A stretch of DNA of 63,309 bases, counting the filler, from Globobulimina sp. (lineage: Eukaryota): NCBI GenBank assembly GCA_003354225.1. It is 42 parts of 42 records of this genome, joined end to end, with 100 filler letters (N's around TTAATTAATTAA, not from the genome) between each part and the next. Parts side by side here need not be neighbours in the genome. Positions count along the whole stretch, not along the records: positions 1 to 1,411 come from PIVH01017104.1; positions 1,512 to 2,922 come from PIVH01017105.1; positions 3,023 to 4,433 come from PIVH01017106.1; positions 4,534 to 5,944 come from PIVH01017107.1; positions 6,045 to 7,455 come from PIVH01017108.1; positions 7,556 to 8,966 come from PIVH01017109.1; positions 9,067 to 10,477 come from PIVH01017110.1; 35 more parts are not named here. One strand, given 5' to 3'. Below the pieces are notes generated by a model. It was given only the letters and a program-made list of their open reading frames with translations, did no database searches and was not told where the DNA came from. This document shows positions 1 to 10,577 of this stretch, piece by piece. Numbering within the stretch: the first letter of the stretch is position 1; each line of letters opens with the position of its first letter. Made by a program: the position numbers and the translations under genes.

Positions 1-66
1 TTAGTTTTATAACTTGAATTACCGGATTTATCCGGCATTTTCATCTAGTTTAAATAGGAAAACTCT

Positions 67-1411
67 ATGCATAGACTTGCATCGTTTCTCCAAAGGAACA
101 ACTCTGCCGACACGACAATTTCAGAGAATCTTCGCAATGGATGCGAAAATATTGGATCTGCTGATGATCAGAAAATATGCATGGCAAAACAAGAAGAGTT
201 CCATGCAATGGTTATACAATATGTCACTTCTAATAATAATACATCTGATCTTTATAACAAAGATGCATTGAATTGTTTAAAATGGTTAGCAAAACAATCG
301 TGTCTTCCATCATCAATCGGAAAAGATTTAAAATTATATTTAAAAAAAGCATTACCGGCTTTTGCTTCTATTTATCATAGCTATCATAGTCAAATCATTA
401 ATTATTATCATGTTAACAATCAGTCTCTATCTTTATTACAAAACAATAGCAATAGCAATGATGATAAAAATGATAATTTAATAACACTTAAATCATTAGA
501 AAAGATATCCAAACCAACCATAACTTTTATGAATGTATTTTATGATTTAATCACCAAATCAAATACAAAAATATCATTTTCAACTGAAATAGAAAATATT
601 GTCACTCATTTAATATCTGTTATAATCGCATTAAGTCACATTTCGTTCTCAAACACACATAAAAACATATGGCATGATATTAATTTATCATTGAAATTAT
701 TTACTGGAATATGCAACAATTTGCCATTGCAAACCATTCGAATATTTGAAAACAACCATTCCATTCAAGTCTGGGAAATATTTTGTGATTTCCTGCGATA
801 TATCATTCAAAACGCACACAAACAGCAAAAAATGTCGATATTAGCACAGCGATTATTAAAATTAATGTTAGTTTTAGTTGAAAGTGATTGCCATAAATTA
901 GCACAAATATTTACCAAACATAAATTGTTGCATTATTTTAAAGATATTATTTGTTTCCTGTTGCAACAAAAGCAAATATCCAACAGACAGCATTATTTTG
1001 TTTATGCCATTATCCATCGGGTTTGTTTCTAATTTTATTTTATTTTTTTTCCGATGCATAATTTCCATATTTTTATATTCAAACAACAGATATTGGAAAT
1101 AATAATAGTTTTACTTGAAAGCACAACTCACGCAAATAAAATCCATAGTGTTTGCGAGGAATTGCAGTTTTGGGAATACATAAAACAATATTTAGTCAAT
1201 GTTATTCCCATTGTAAACATCACTGAAAACAGAATAAAATCCAATTCAATAAATGCATCACAAAAAAACAACAAAAATAAAAGGAAATTTGTAAATATTT
1301 ATGATTGGATTCGTGTGTTGCAACGTTTGATTGCTATTTCGATGATAAATGGATGTGTTAAACCTGACAATAATGATAAATTAATAACAAATTCTGGTGT
1401 TGATAGCATGG
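67..1411 (+). CDS. Eukaryotic helical-repeat (ARM/HEAT-like) hypothetical protein, partial, intron 1021-1089
   Basis: ORFs 67-1032 and 1054-1411 share a frame; removing GTTTGT...AACAG (69 nt, contains TAA) joins IIHR|ILEII. Confidence 0.6.
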
Positions 1412-1511
1412 NNNNNNNNNNNNNNNNNNNNNNNNNNNNNNNNNNNNNNNNNNNNTTAATTAATTAANNNNNNNNNNNNNNNNNNNNNNNNNNNNNNNNN
1501 NNNNNNNNNNN
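1412..1511. other. Artificial contig-joining linker (first of 41; recurs about every 1510 nt)
   Basis: N44-TTAATTAATTAA-N44 between every contig; gives stops in all six frames. Confidence 0.99.
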
Positions 1512-1935
1512 ACTTACATCGGATATAAAGGAAATGGTTAAGCAGTACGCACATATTTTAACACTCGAGGATTCTCCTTGGTTAGGATGGCAACGTGAAA
1601 TAGCCGCACGGTCTGATAAAAGTAAACATTACATTATATATGGAACGGGGCACGCAATACACATAGATAATCCCAAAGTAGTTATAAATGCGATAACGAA
1701 GTTACTTAATAATGAATACAACTGGAACGAATCATACGCAGAACCAACTGAGCAAATTGCATTAACACCCGAAAAAATGAAAAAGTATATTGGAAGATAT
1801 GTTTTTTCTCTAGAAGAAATGATAACCATCGAGGAAGAAAACGGGCATTTCTATGCAACTATACCAAATTTTAATAAAACAGAGATCCTCCCGGTATCGG
1901 AACAAAAAGTAATCGTTTTGAGAATAGTAAATTAG
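1512..1935 (+). CDS. Bacterial-type alpha/beta hydrolase C-terminus plus DUF3471-like domain, partial
   Basis: GTGHAIHIDNPKVVINAI catalytic-His segment, then IALTPEKMKKYIGRYVF typical of DUF3471. Confidence 0.55.
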
Positions 1936-2678
1936 ATGAATTTCAGCAAAATAAACAAGAATTAACAGAGAAATTGCAATTATTAAAACAAGATATCAAA
2001 ACAAAAAATGGTATTGAAGAACGAGTGGGCACAAATGCAGAATCAATAAAGTTAAAAAGTAAAATTGTAAAAAATTTGCAAGAAGCAAAGGAATTAGAAA
2101 TAAGAATGGAGAAAGCTTATAAATCAGATGAACGAGATGTGGATGATGGTGACAGTCACAGTTTACTCTCATTAAAAGAAATAAAACTTCGGCAAGAGTT
2201 AGTGTCGTTGATGCAGCAGGATTTACAATATACAACCAATGAATTTGAACCACTTAATCGGACAAATGTTACTGGATTTCGGTTGGCAAAAATTGGAAGA
2301 GATAAACGGAGACAACAAAGAGAAAAAGGATTCATTGCAGTAATTCCATCATTAACTACAAAACAAAAAATATTTATACAGGAATCATATGAAAGAGATG
2401 CTTTACTCGATGCTAAATTGGAGCAAATTAAACACGGTGTTATTGCATTGGGCAATATTGCACAAGATATAAATTATGAGTTGGATGCTCAAGATGTTAT
2501 GTTGGATGAATTAGATCAAAAAATGGATAAAGTTACGGATAAAATTGAACATAGAAATGAAGAAATTCAAAAATTATTAGATGCCTCTGGTGGGGCAACT
2601 AGATGGTGTCCTGTATTAATATTATGTGTTATATTAATGGCATGTATGGGCTATATCTATAATGCGTTTGTTGCTTAA
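1911..2678 (+). CDS. Qc-SNARE/syntaxin-like protein, 5' truncated
   Basis: SNARE coil DAKLEQIKHGVIALGNIAQDINYELDAQDVMLDELDQKMDK and C-terminal TM anchor; frame is open upstream of 1974. Confidence 0.85.
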   Translation, partial: NRFENSKLDEFQQNKQELTEKLQLLKQDIKTKNGIEERVGTNAESIKLKSKIVKNLQEAKELEIRMEKAYKSDERDVDDGDSHSLLSLKEIKLRQELVSLMQQDLQYTTNEFEPLNRTNVTGFRLAKIGRDKRRQQREKGFIAVIPSLTTKQKIFIQESYERDALLDAKLEQIKHGVIALGNIAQDINYELDAQDVMLDELDQKMDKVTDKIEHRNEEIQKLLDASGGATRWCPVLILCVILMACMGYIYNAFVA

Positions 2679-3022
2679 CAGCCTTAACTTTGTGTGATAA
2701 TGTTAATTATTTTTACTTTCAAACGGGGGGTCTCTTTTTTTCTTTTTTTTTTTTTAGCTTTTTTGTAATACCATCTCGCCTTTCTGCGCGATTCCATAAC
2801 TTGGTATGAAGTGATTTGGTTCTGTATAAGTTTACATATATAACGTCGCTCAGAAGAATATTTTACAGTACATATTTTTAGTTCAAATACTGCAACACAA
2901 CGTACATACAATTAAGACAAACNNNNNNNNNNNNNNNNNNNNNNNNNNNNNNNNNNNNNNNNNNNNTTAATTAATTAANNNNNNNNNNNNNNNNNNNNNN
3001 NNNNNNNNNNNNNNNNNNNNNN

Positions 3023-3141
3023 CATTAAATAGAATTAAAACAGAATGGATTTGCCCACGCGAAGAGTGCAAAAGTGGCCCTTGGCTCACTTTAGCGGGCT
3101 TTTTAAAACATTTTAATCGATTAAAATTAAATCATAATTGT
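3023..3141 (+). repeat. 119-nt terminal direct repeat (copy at 4315-4433)
   Basis: Identical CATTAAATAGAATT...CATAATTGT at both contig ends. Confidence 0.97.
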
Positions 3142-4433
3142 ATGCATCATCAAAATAATTCAGATATTTATGACAAATTTAATATTAAACCATGCAATGA
3201 GCCATCATGTAAAAACTACACAAAAACGATTAAAAATTTGATTTTTAAATATAAGAAATTGAATAATGATGTTGGCGGTTTTTGTGCCGGCTGTTCATTG
3301 GTAAATAGATCAAATAACATCAAAAATGGGACGGGCGGATTAGAGAAATATAATGACATCGATAACATTAATTTATTCCGAACAAATGTTGTGGATAAAA
3401 TTCCCAATGAAATATTGGATGATTATGTAAATTTAATCGCAGACTATTATAAAATGATTGTAACAACAAAAGATCATCGAATTATTGAATTGTATGAGAA
3501 ATTATTAAATTTAGCACCTAAAATTATTTTAAATCAAAATAATCGCGGAAACGGTACAAACGATGATAGTAAAAAGAATGCGACATTTTTTATGCAAAAA
3601 AAATTGAAAGCGTTTCGTGAATTGGATTACGAGCAAATAATTAAACATATCGCTTATACTGAGTCAGAAATGGAAAAAGTTAATAAAGCCATTGAAAAAA
3701 CTAAAAATAGAATTAAATCAATGACAAAAAAAGAAATTGAGATCAAAGTCGATAAATTAAGGCGTAAAAGAATAGTAAAATACGCAAAATTGAATGATTT
3801 AAGTAAGGCTTATAAACAAACTGAGTATAATCTGGCAATGGAATTAACTGAACAAAAAATCAAAAAATGGCATAGCAAATTTATCAAAATGAAAAAATAC
3901 AAAAAAAAGTTGGATTATATCAACGGCACATATAAATATATAAAAGTTGACAGCGAGAAATTATTATTAATCATAAATAAAATGAAAAAAGGCAGCACCG
4001 GCGGCCCTGACCAACAGTCAGCTTTTCATCATCAACAATTAGCAAATTACAACAATGAAAAATATATTAAATGGTTTGGTAAATACATTGAATTGATTTG
4101 CAATAATAAATTAAGTGAATTTCAAATATCAAATATTAAATATTATAGCTTAAAGTGTGTGAAACGACAAATGTAGTTTCCACAAATCAAAAAGTCAAAG
4201 TTAAATGTTGTAAAAATGAGTGTACAAATTACATACAAATTGAGTTTAACTGCGAACAAGCGGTCCATTGCAACTTTACGTGTATTACATGCAATATTGA
4301 TACAAATGATGTGGCATTAAATAGAATTAAAACAGAATGGATTTGCCCACGCGAAGAGTGCAAAAGTGGCCCTTGGCTCACTTTAGCGGGCTTTTTAAAA
4401 CATTTTAATCGATTAAAATTAAATCATAATTGT
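3023..4433 (+). mobile_element. CRE/SLACS-like non-LTR retrotransposon fragment (N-terminal Zn fingers to RT region 0) in a 1292-bp circular/tandem unit
   Basis: ORF 4155-4433 reads in frame through the terminal repeat into ORF 3142-4176; Cys/His clusters, LAPKIIL..RG, NDLSKAY and KKGSTGGPDQQSAFHHQQL (GPDG-type region 0). Confidence 0.6.
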
Positions 4434-4533
4434 NNNNNNNNNNNNNNNNNNNNNNNNNNNNNNNNNNNNNNNNNNNNTTAATTAATTAANNNNNNNNNNN
4501 NNNNNNNNNNNNNNNNNNNNNNNNNNNNNNNNN

Positions 4534-5488
4534 GTATTTTATGATCATTTTCTTTTTGTGTTTTTGCCGCAGCCTTTTTTTGCTGAATGGTTTTAATTAA
4601 ATTATCAAAATCGATTTGGAATAAAGAGCTGAAAAACTGTGCATTTTTATCAATGTTATCATTGGAATATTGGATGAATGGCAAGATTTGAATGAAAAGA
4701 TGGAATATTTTGTACGAATGGTCCATGTTTGGAAACTTGTCGATGACCGTCAATAATTTGAAAACAGAGTGAATTAATTCTTTATTGATGAACAACGCGT
4801 TGTTGTTGCTGCTGCTGTCATCATTTACATTTAATTTGGGATACGTTATCCGTCGGTTTTGCTGATTGGTTAATAAATGCATCGAATGCAGCGATTTTAG
4901 GTAGGTTTTGAATGCCATATCGATGAATGTGATGGTTAAGTTTATGAAATATGGAGAGATATGGAATGATTTGTTGTGATGGAAATATTCAATATGTTGG
5001 AATAACATGTTTGTTAACACAGTGATTGGAATTAACTGATACCCATTTTTATGCCCTTGTATTCGCGATGAAATATGAGATATCATTTGCAATATTTCTG
5101 ACTGTAATTTATTATGAATGTTCTTATTATTTAATTTGAATAACAATTTTGCTAAAATATCGGGTATAAATTTCTGTAAAGCTTCGTCGTTGTTTATCAT
5201 TGTTAATCCCAAGAACCATTCTTCTATTTCAACTAAATCTTTTTTATTTTCTTCATCTATTTGGGCTTCTGCTTCTTTATTATTTTTCTGATCTGCTCTT
5301 TGTGGTTTACTCAATTTTGAGAATTCAGTATTAATTTCATGGCCATCTGCTAATATTTGAATAACGACTGATGGCGGATTGCTACCAAAATCAATTTGCT
5401 GTATTTTACATTTCTCACCGTTTCGATAACAAATGTCACCAATATTCCATTCATTGTATGACGATTTAGAGTTGTTGTTGTTGCTCAT
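4534..5488 (-). CDS. ECM29-like proteasome adaptor N-terminus with an extra small N-terminal beta domain, 3' partial
   Basis: EEWFLGLTMINNDEALQKFIPDILAKLLFKL...EILQMISHISSRIQ...LIPITVL resembles the ECM29 N-terminal HEAT pattern. Confidence 0.55.
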
Positions 5489-5558
5489 TGTTGACTACTT
5501 CGCTCAAAAAGGATAATTTTCATATAAAATAAAACTGTTTACGGTGGGAAAGTCGTGA

Positions 5559-5762
5559 ATGGAAGCGGCATTTTTGTGTTGTATATATATATATGGTTTG
5601 TGTGCAATCGGAATCGATGAAACAAATCATAAACATAAAAATACAGTCTTTTTTAATCAATCTGATTCAACCATTCATTATGGATATTCTTCAGGTGGAA
5701 AAAAATATGATTCAAATGGTATAGGAAGTAAATATTCAATTCCTTACGGTTCCGGAACTTAA
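5559..5762 (+). pseudogene. SPRY-like domain fragment
   Basis: IGIDET...HYGYSSGGKKY...YGSG pattern; short and ends in a stop. Confidence 0.3.
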
Positions 5763-6299
5763 AAAAAGAATTTGAAATTAGTTTCTCAATTATCATTTAA
5801 AAAAAATCTCTCAACAACTATTGGTGTGGTATCTTTCTGGAAGATATTTATGAAAAAGTAGTTGAAATAACAGTAGTTAGTATATGTATATATAGCTGCT
5901 TGCTGTATAGTATAATTGTTGGTCCATTAAGTTTTTCGACAATTNNNNNNNNNNNNNNNNNNNNNNNNNNNNNNNNNNNNNNNNNNNNTTAATTAATTAA
6001 NNNNNNNNNNNNNNNNNNNNNNNNNNNNNNNNNNNNNNNNNNNNACGAGGACTGGTTTATTACATTGGTTTGAGATCTATGTTTGACATTTCGCTACAAT
6101 AAAAAAAAAACGAAGTTCTGAACATTTCCAAAACTTCACAACTGTGAGTCAATTATTATAATTTTATATTGTTTTATTAACTCAACAGAAAAATTAATTT
6201 ATTACTAATATTATATATAACAAAACGAGACAAAGTTTAAACGTGTGTCAGTTAAATTTTATAAATTATTAATTCATGTTCGTGCTTATTTTCAGAAAC

Positions 6300-6660
6300 G
6301 TGCGGTCATTGTTGATGGTCAACAGCCTGTCAGGTCAGAATTTTAGATCAGAAAATAAATCTGACCGATCAGAATGAAATGGGTCAGTGGATTATGACCT
6401 GAATTGTTATGGCTGACTGGTCAGCGAAATGCAGTGACCGAAGGAACAAATCTGACCGGTCAGCATACCAATATGCTATTCCTATAGTAATTTCCCTTTA
6501 GCTCTGCGGTCAGCATATTATTCTGACCAGTCAGATTTAGACAATACCTGACCTAATTTACTCCCGATCAGATCAGATTGGATGCATTTAATTAGGGTAA
6601 TTATAACCTGATGGATCAGCTCATTTCGGTGACCAGACAGCTATCACAGTGACCGTACGT
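6300..6660. repeat. Cluster of CTGAY-NN-RTCAG 12-bp palindromes and half-sites
   Basis: 6361 ctgaccgatcag, 6413 ctgactggtcag, 6452 ctgaccggtcag, 6523 ctgaccagtcag, 6608 ctgatggatcag plus many GGTCA/TGACC half-sites. Confidence 0.75.
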
Positions 6661-6917
6661 ACCTGCAATTTTGCATCAATTCGCATTTGTATCAAATCAA
6701 TACTGATATAGCATTTAATATATTCTACTCTTCGCGCATATTTCATCAACTTTGTTTTGATCACATTAAATGCTTTTGTATCTTTTTGGTATCTAAGAGC
6801 TGTCTTTATATATTTAAATCCCAATGAATATAACTCCAATGCTTCTTTATATTTACTTTCGTTATCAAGTGCCACTGCTTTAGACAGTAATTGCATTCGC
6901 TTTTGAAAAGTAGGCAT
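6621..6917 (-). CDS. MIT-domain protein (VPS4-type MIT), probably first exon
   Basis: LLSKAVALDNESKYKEALELYSLG...IKTKLMKYARRVEYIK; likely donor CAG|GTACGT near 6661. Confidence 0.75.
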   Translation of the reverse strand: MPTFQKRMQLLSKAVALDNESKYKEALELYSLGFKYIKTALRYQKDTKAFNVIKTKLMKYARRVEYIKCYISIDLIQMRIDAKLQVRTVTVIAVWSPK

Positions 6918-7048
6918 GACTAAGAACTTAGATAGGCATTATTTCTTTGAGATTTTTACGATAAAGCAAAAATGCCTTATGGATTATCATTTATAATTCA
7001 TGCGATCTGACAACAATTAACACAATTATAACATAAATCTTTTACGAG

Positions 7049-7455
7049 TCACCAAAAATTACTGCTCATTTCATGTTTCATATCGCGTCTCCTTTTATTA
7101 TTATCTGCAGTTTTCCTCGCTCGTTTATATTTATTTTTCCTCAACTCATGTTTTTGTTTTTTTTTCAATCTCCGTCGAATTTCAGTTTCACTCAATGTAT
7201 ACATTTTATTCTCCTTTGTTTTCTCTTTATTATTATACGTATTCTGCAACACACTCTCTTTATGTTCCACAATGGCTTGCTTCAAAGCTTTCCGTTTCAA
7301 AAAATCTTGTCTTTTTTTCAATTTGTTTAATTGCCACAATTCCTTTTCATTTAATTCATTCTCATCCTCTTCCTGTTCCTGTTCCTGTTTATTATCCTCC
7401 ACATCATTGACATCACCGTTTTCCAATTTTCATGGAGGTTTAACAGTGAGTGTCG
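7049..7455 (-). CDS. Acidic-then-basic C-terminal fragment of a eukaryotic protein (weakly RIO2-tail-like)
   Basis: Open from the contig edge; ends ...NKRRRDMKHEMSSNFW*. Confidence 0.35.
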
Positions 7456-7555
7456 NNNNNNNNNNNNNNNNNNNNNNNNNNNNNNNNNNNNNNNNNNNNT
7501 TAATTAATTAANNNNNNNNNNNNNNNNNNNNNNNNNNNNNNNNNNNNNNNNNNNN

Positions 7556-7674
7556 AACCAAATATTGTATAATTTGTATTGTGGGTGGCGAATTTCAATC
7601 GGCCGTCTGGGATTTAAATGGACCAATAATTTATTAAGGCCTTCCTTGCTTTTTTTCCTCAATATCATTATCAT
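7556..7674. repeat. 119-nt terminal inverted repeat (partner 8848-8966)
   Basis: Exact reverse complement between the two contig ends; match stops at 119 nt. Confidence 0.95.
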
Positions 7675-7966
7675 CATCACCAAACTGGCCATAACCAAAA
7701 CCGCCAAAACCGCCATATCGATGTCCAGATTGGTATTGATTATACCCTTGTTGTTGCGGTCGGAAATTATTATATTTGGTTTGTTGTGGCTGTGGTTGAT
7801 TAAATTGGAGTGCGTGATGTTGTGGAGGTGGCATTTTGTTTGAATGCCGCCAATAATAAGGTTGAGGTGTGAATGACAGCAATTTGGTAATATAATCTAT
7901 TACAAATAAAATATTTGCTGCATCAGCTGCGGCATCATACACAGAAAATGTGCCGTCGTCAACCAA
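7634..7966 (-). CDS. Gln/Gly/Tyr-rich low-complexity C-terminal fragment
   Basis: PPPQHH...QQGYNQYQSGHRYGGFGGFGYGQFG...EEKKQGRP*. Confidence 0.4.
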   Translation of the reverse strand: MVDDGTFSVYDAAADAANILFVIDYITKLLSFTPQPYYWRHSNKMPPPQHHALQFNQPQPQQTKYNNFRPQQQGYNQYQSGHRYGGFGGFGYGQFGDDDNDIEEKKQGRP

Positions 7967-8031
7967 TCAAAAACCGCTTATTAACAGAAATACCATCCCC
8001 TACACCATCACCACCACCCTCCCCATCAACA

Positions 8032-8346
8032 ATGTCGATTCCAATTGAATTCGATGATAATCGCAGCAATAATTCGAATCAATCAATAAATCTTAAAAAC
8101 ACTAAAAGAAAAATTCAGTTTGAAGAGGAAATAAATAATAACAAAACTCATGAAATTAATAATGATTCCTTTGAACAGAATCATGCGAATGATATTAATG
8201 ATTGGAATACATTGCGACGAAGGAAAGCATTCAGAAACTGCGTTTTATGCAATTTGAATGATGTCAAACCACGCATAACATCCATATGTTTTATTTTTGG
8301 TATTTTGTTCATATTTTGCAGTGGATCCGGAGTTTTTGTATATTGA
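8032..8346 (+). CDS. Hypothetical membrane protein fragment
   Basis: Asn-rich region then hydrophobic ITSICFIFGILFIFCSGSGVFVY. Confidence 0.3.
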   Translation: MSIPIEFDDNRSNNSNQSINLKNTKRKIQFEEEINNNKTHEINNDSFEQNHANDINDWNTLRRRKAFRNCVLCNLNDVKPRITSICFIFGILFIFCSGSGVFVY

Positions 8347-9096
8347 ATACAATGGGAAAGGAGATTTGGTTTTAATTCATTCCTTAATTATAAATAATAA
8401 TAAAACTAAATAATATTGATTGATTATAAATGTTTGTATACAGAACCAACAACGGGGGAAAACTAAGTTATATATTTAATTACTTGTATTGTAATACAAA
8501 TACCACTTAACAAACTAACAAATACAAATACAATATACTTGAAACAAATAATAAATAATATAAAATAGCAGAATAAAAAGGGAAACAAAAAAGAAAACTA
8601 TAAACAGAATATACAGAAACAAGATATAATTATTAGTCACCAATCAAAACCATTGTTCCACGCATACAACAAAGTGTTTATGGGTTATTAACGGCAATGT
8701 TATGGGGTATTTAATATATTTTTGGTTTAATGGATATTTGGTAATGGAATTATTGGAATGTTTATGTGCGAATGAAATGAATGAAAGTAAAATGAATAAT
8801 AATTATATTTCTATGAATTTGTTTGACGAATAATAATAATAAAAATAATGATAATGATATTGAGGAAAAAAAGCAAGGAAGGCCTTAATAAATTATTGGT
8901 CCATTTAAATCCCAGACGGCCGATTGAAATTCGCCACCCACAATACAAATTATACAATATTTGGTTNNNNNNNNNNNNNNNNNNNNNNNNNNNNNNNNNN
9001 NNNNNNNNNNTTAATTAATTAANNNNNNNNNNNNNNNNNNNNNNNNNNNNNNNNNNNNNNNNNNNNGTAAAGTCTGTAATTTAACCCGTTTCAACA

Positions 9097-10128
9097 ATGG
9101 CACTCGCACTTCAACAAAAAATATCAGATGCAAATGTATCATTGTATAATATTGATTTAATATTAGATGACAAAGCCAGAGCACGCTATGTGTGCACTCA
9201 TTGTGACAAATTAGCGATTTCAGCTCAATGTCTTAATTGTCCTTCAAACCATCATTCCAGAAATTTAGAACTATATTGCAAAAAATGTGCAACCTCAATA
9301 ACAGAAAACAATCAATGTCCTGTTACCAAGCATGCGAATCCTATATTCCATGAAGCACTTATGTACCAAACAGAAATGGAGCAAAAAGTACAATTTGTTT
9401 GTCCATATTCAACCGTTTTCAAAACACCAAAGTTCGAAAGTGCAAATTGTAAATGGACGGGACCTTATTTTAAATTGGAGAGTCATGTTATGAACGAATG
9501 TGAATGCAAGCAATCATCTGAAGCCAATGGCAAGTTCCCGCCAATAATAAATGATACCATTGATGACAGATTGATTGGATGGTATCAGACATTGAAAGGA
9601 ATGGATATCAGCACTCCTAAAGGTGATACCTACGATGTTCAGATTATAGACGTTTTCAATCAATTACGGCAACAGCAACGCGATTATGTTGATAGTACAT
9701 TAGAGGAATCACAGCAGCATTTACAGAGAATGTGTGATGAAAATGCTGCATTAACGTGTCAGATGAATAAAAAAATAGAATCTGTCTCTCAACAACATTT
9801 ACAACAACAAATCAACTCTAAGAACGTTGAAAAAACATATACAAAATATTTAAAGTTGAAACAGCAAATTAATTGTATGAACTGCAAATTAATTGTTGTA
9901 CTTTTTGCAATTTGCTGTGGTATTTGTGTTATTGCGGTATTTGTTTCTATCACAATACCTGATGAGCATGAGCTTTATTTAGTGAATATTGACCATATTG
10001 CCATTGATGATATTCTCATTGAAGATGGTTACACCAAAGCCATACAAAGTTATATAATATTTTTATATTCAATTTATGTCCAAACAACACACAAAAACTG
10101 TAATAAAATATACAGATCGAGTCAATGA
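9097..10128 (+). CDS. Degenerate RING/TRAF-type Zn-finger, coiled-coil and TM protein
   Basis: CTHC..C..YCKKC..CP; VCPYS...CKWTGPYFKLESHVMNEC; coiled coil; TM LIVVLFAICCGICVIAVFVSI; probable 3' intron. Confidence 0.7.
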   Translation: MALALQQKISDANVSLYNIDLILDDKARARYVCTHCDKLAISAQCLNCPSNHHSRNLELYCKKCATSITENNQCPVTKHANPIFHEALMYQTEMEQKVQFVCPYSTVFKTPKFESANCKWTGPYFKLESHVMNECECKQSSEANGKFPPIINDTIDDRLIGWYQTLKGMDISTPKGDTYDVQIIDVFNQLRQQQRDYVDSTLEESQQHLQRMCDENAALTCQMNKKIESVSQQHLQQQINSKNVEKTYTKYLKLKQQINCMNCKLIVVLFAICCGICVIAVFVSITIPDEHELYLVNIDHIAIDDILIEDGYTKAIQSYIIFLYSIYVQTTHKNCNKIYRSSQ

Positions 10129-10577
10129 TAACACTAATTCTCCCAAAACACACGGTTGTATTTATATAATTTATATATCACACAAGTGACACTTGGAATA
10201 TTTGTATATATTATAAACACACTTCATAGCATCACATAACTCACAGCAGTCGTCGTCGAATAACAATAAGCCGCAAAATAACGGCAAGAAACAAGCAAAT
10301 CAACCACAAAGAAACAATAATAATATACGTGATAGCTGGAAACACGAAAACGTGATTTTGTGTGTATTGGTGAAACGTTAGAAACACGAAATTTGAGTAA
10401 AATTAAATCAAAACTAAAAAGTCTAAACTAATATTCACAAATTAAGCTTTAAATATTTCTGTACATTGTGGTATGCGNNNNNNNNNNNNNNNNNNNNNNN
10501 NNNNNNNNNNNNNNNNNNNNNTTAATTAATTAANNNNNNNNNNNNNNNNNNNNNNNNNNNNNNNNNNNNNNNNNNNN

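Noticed and set aside
1412..1511. Regularly spaced TTAATTAATTAA as a CRISPR-like or biological repeat
   Set aside because: Embedded in N runs at every contig join; a pipeline linker
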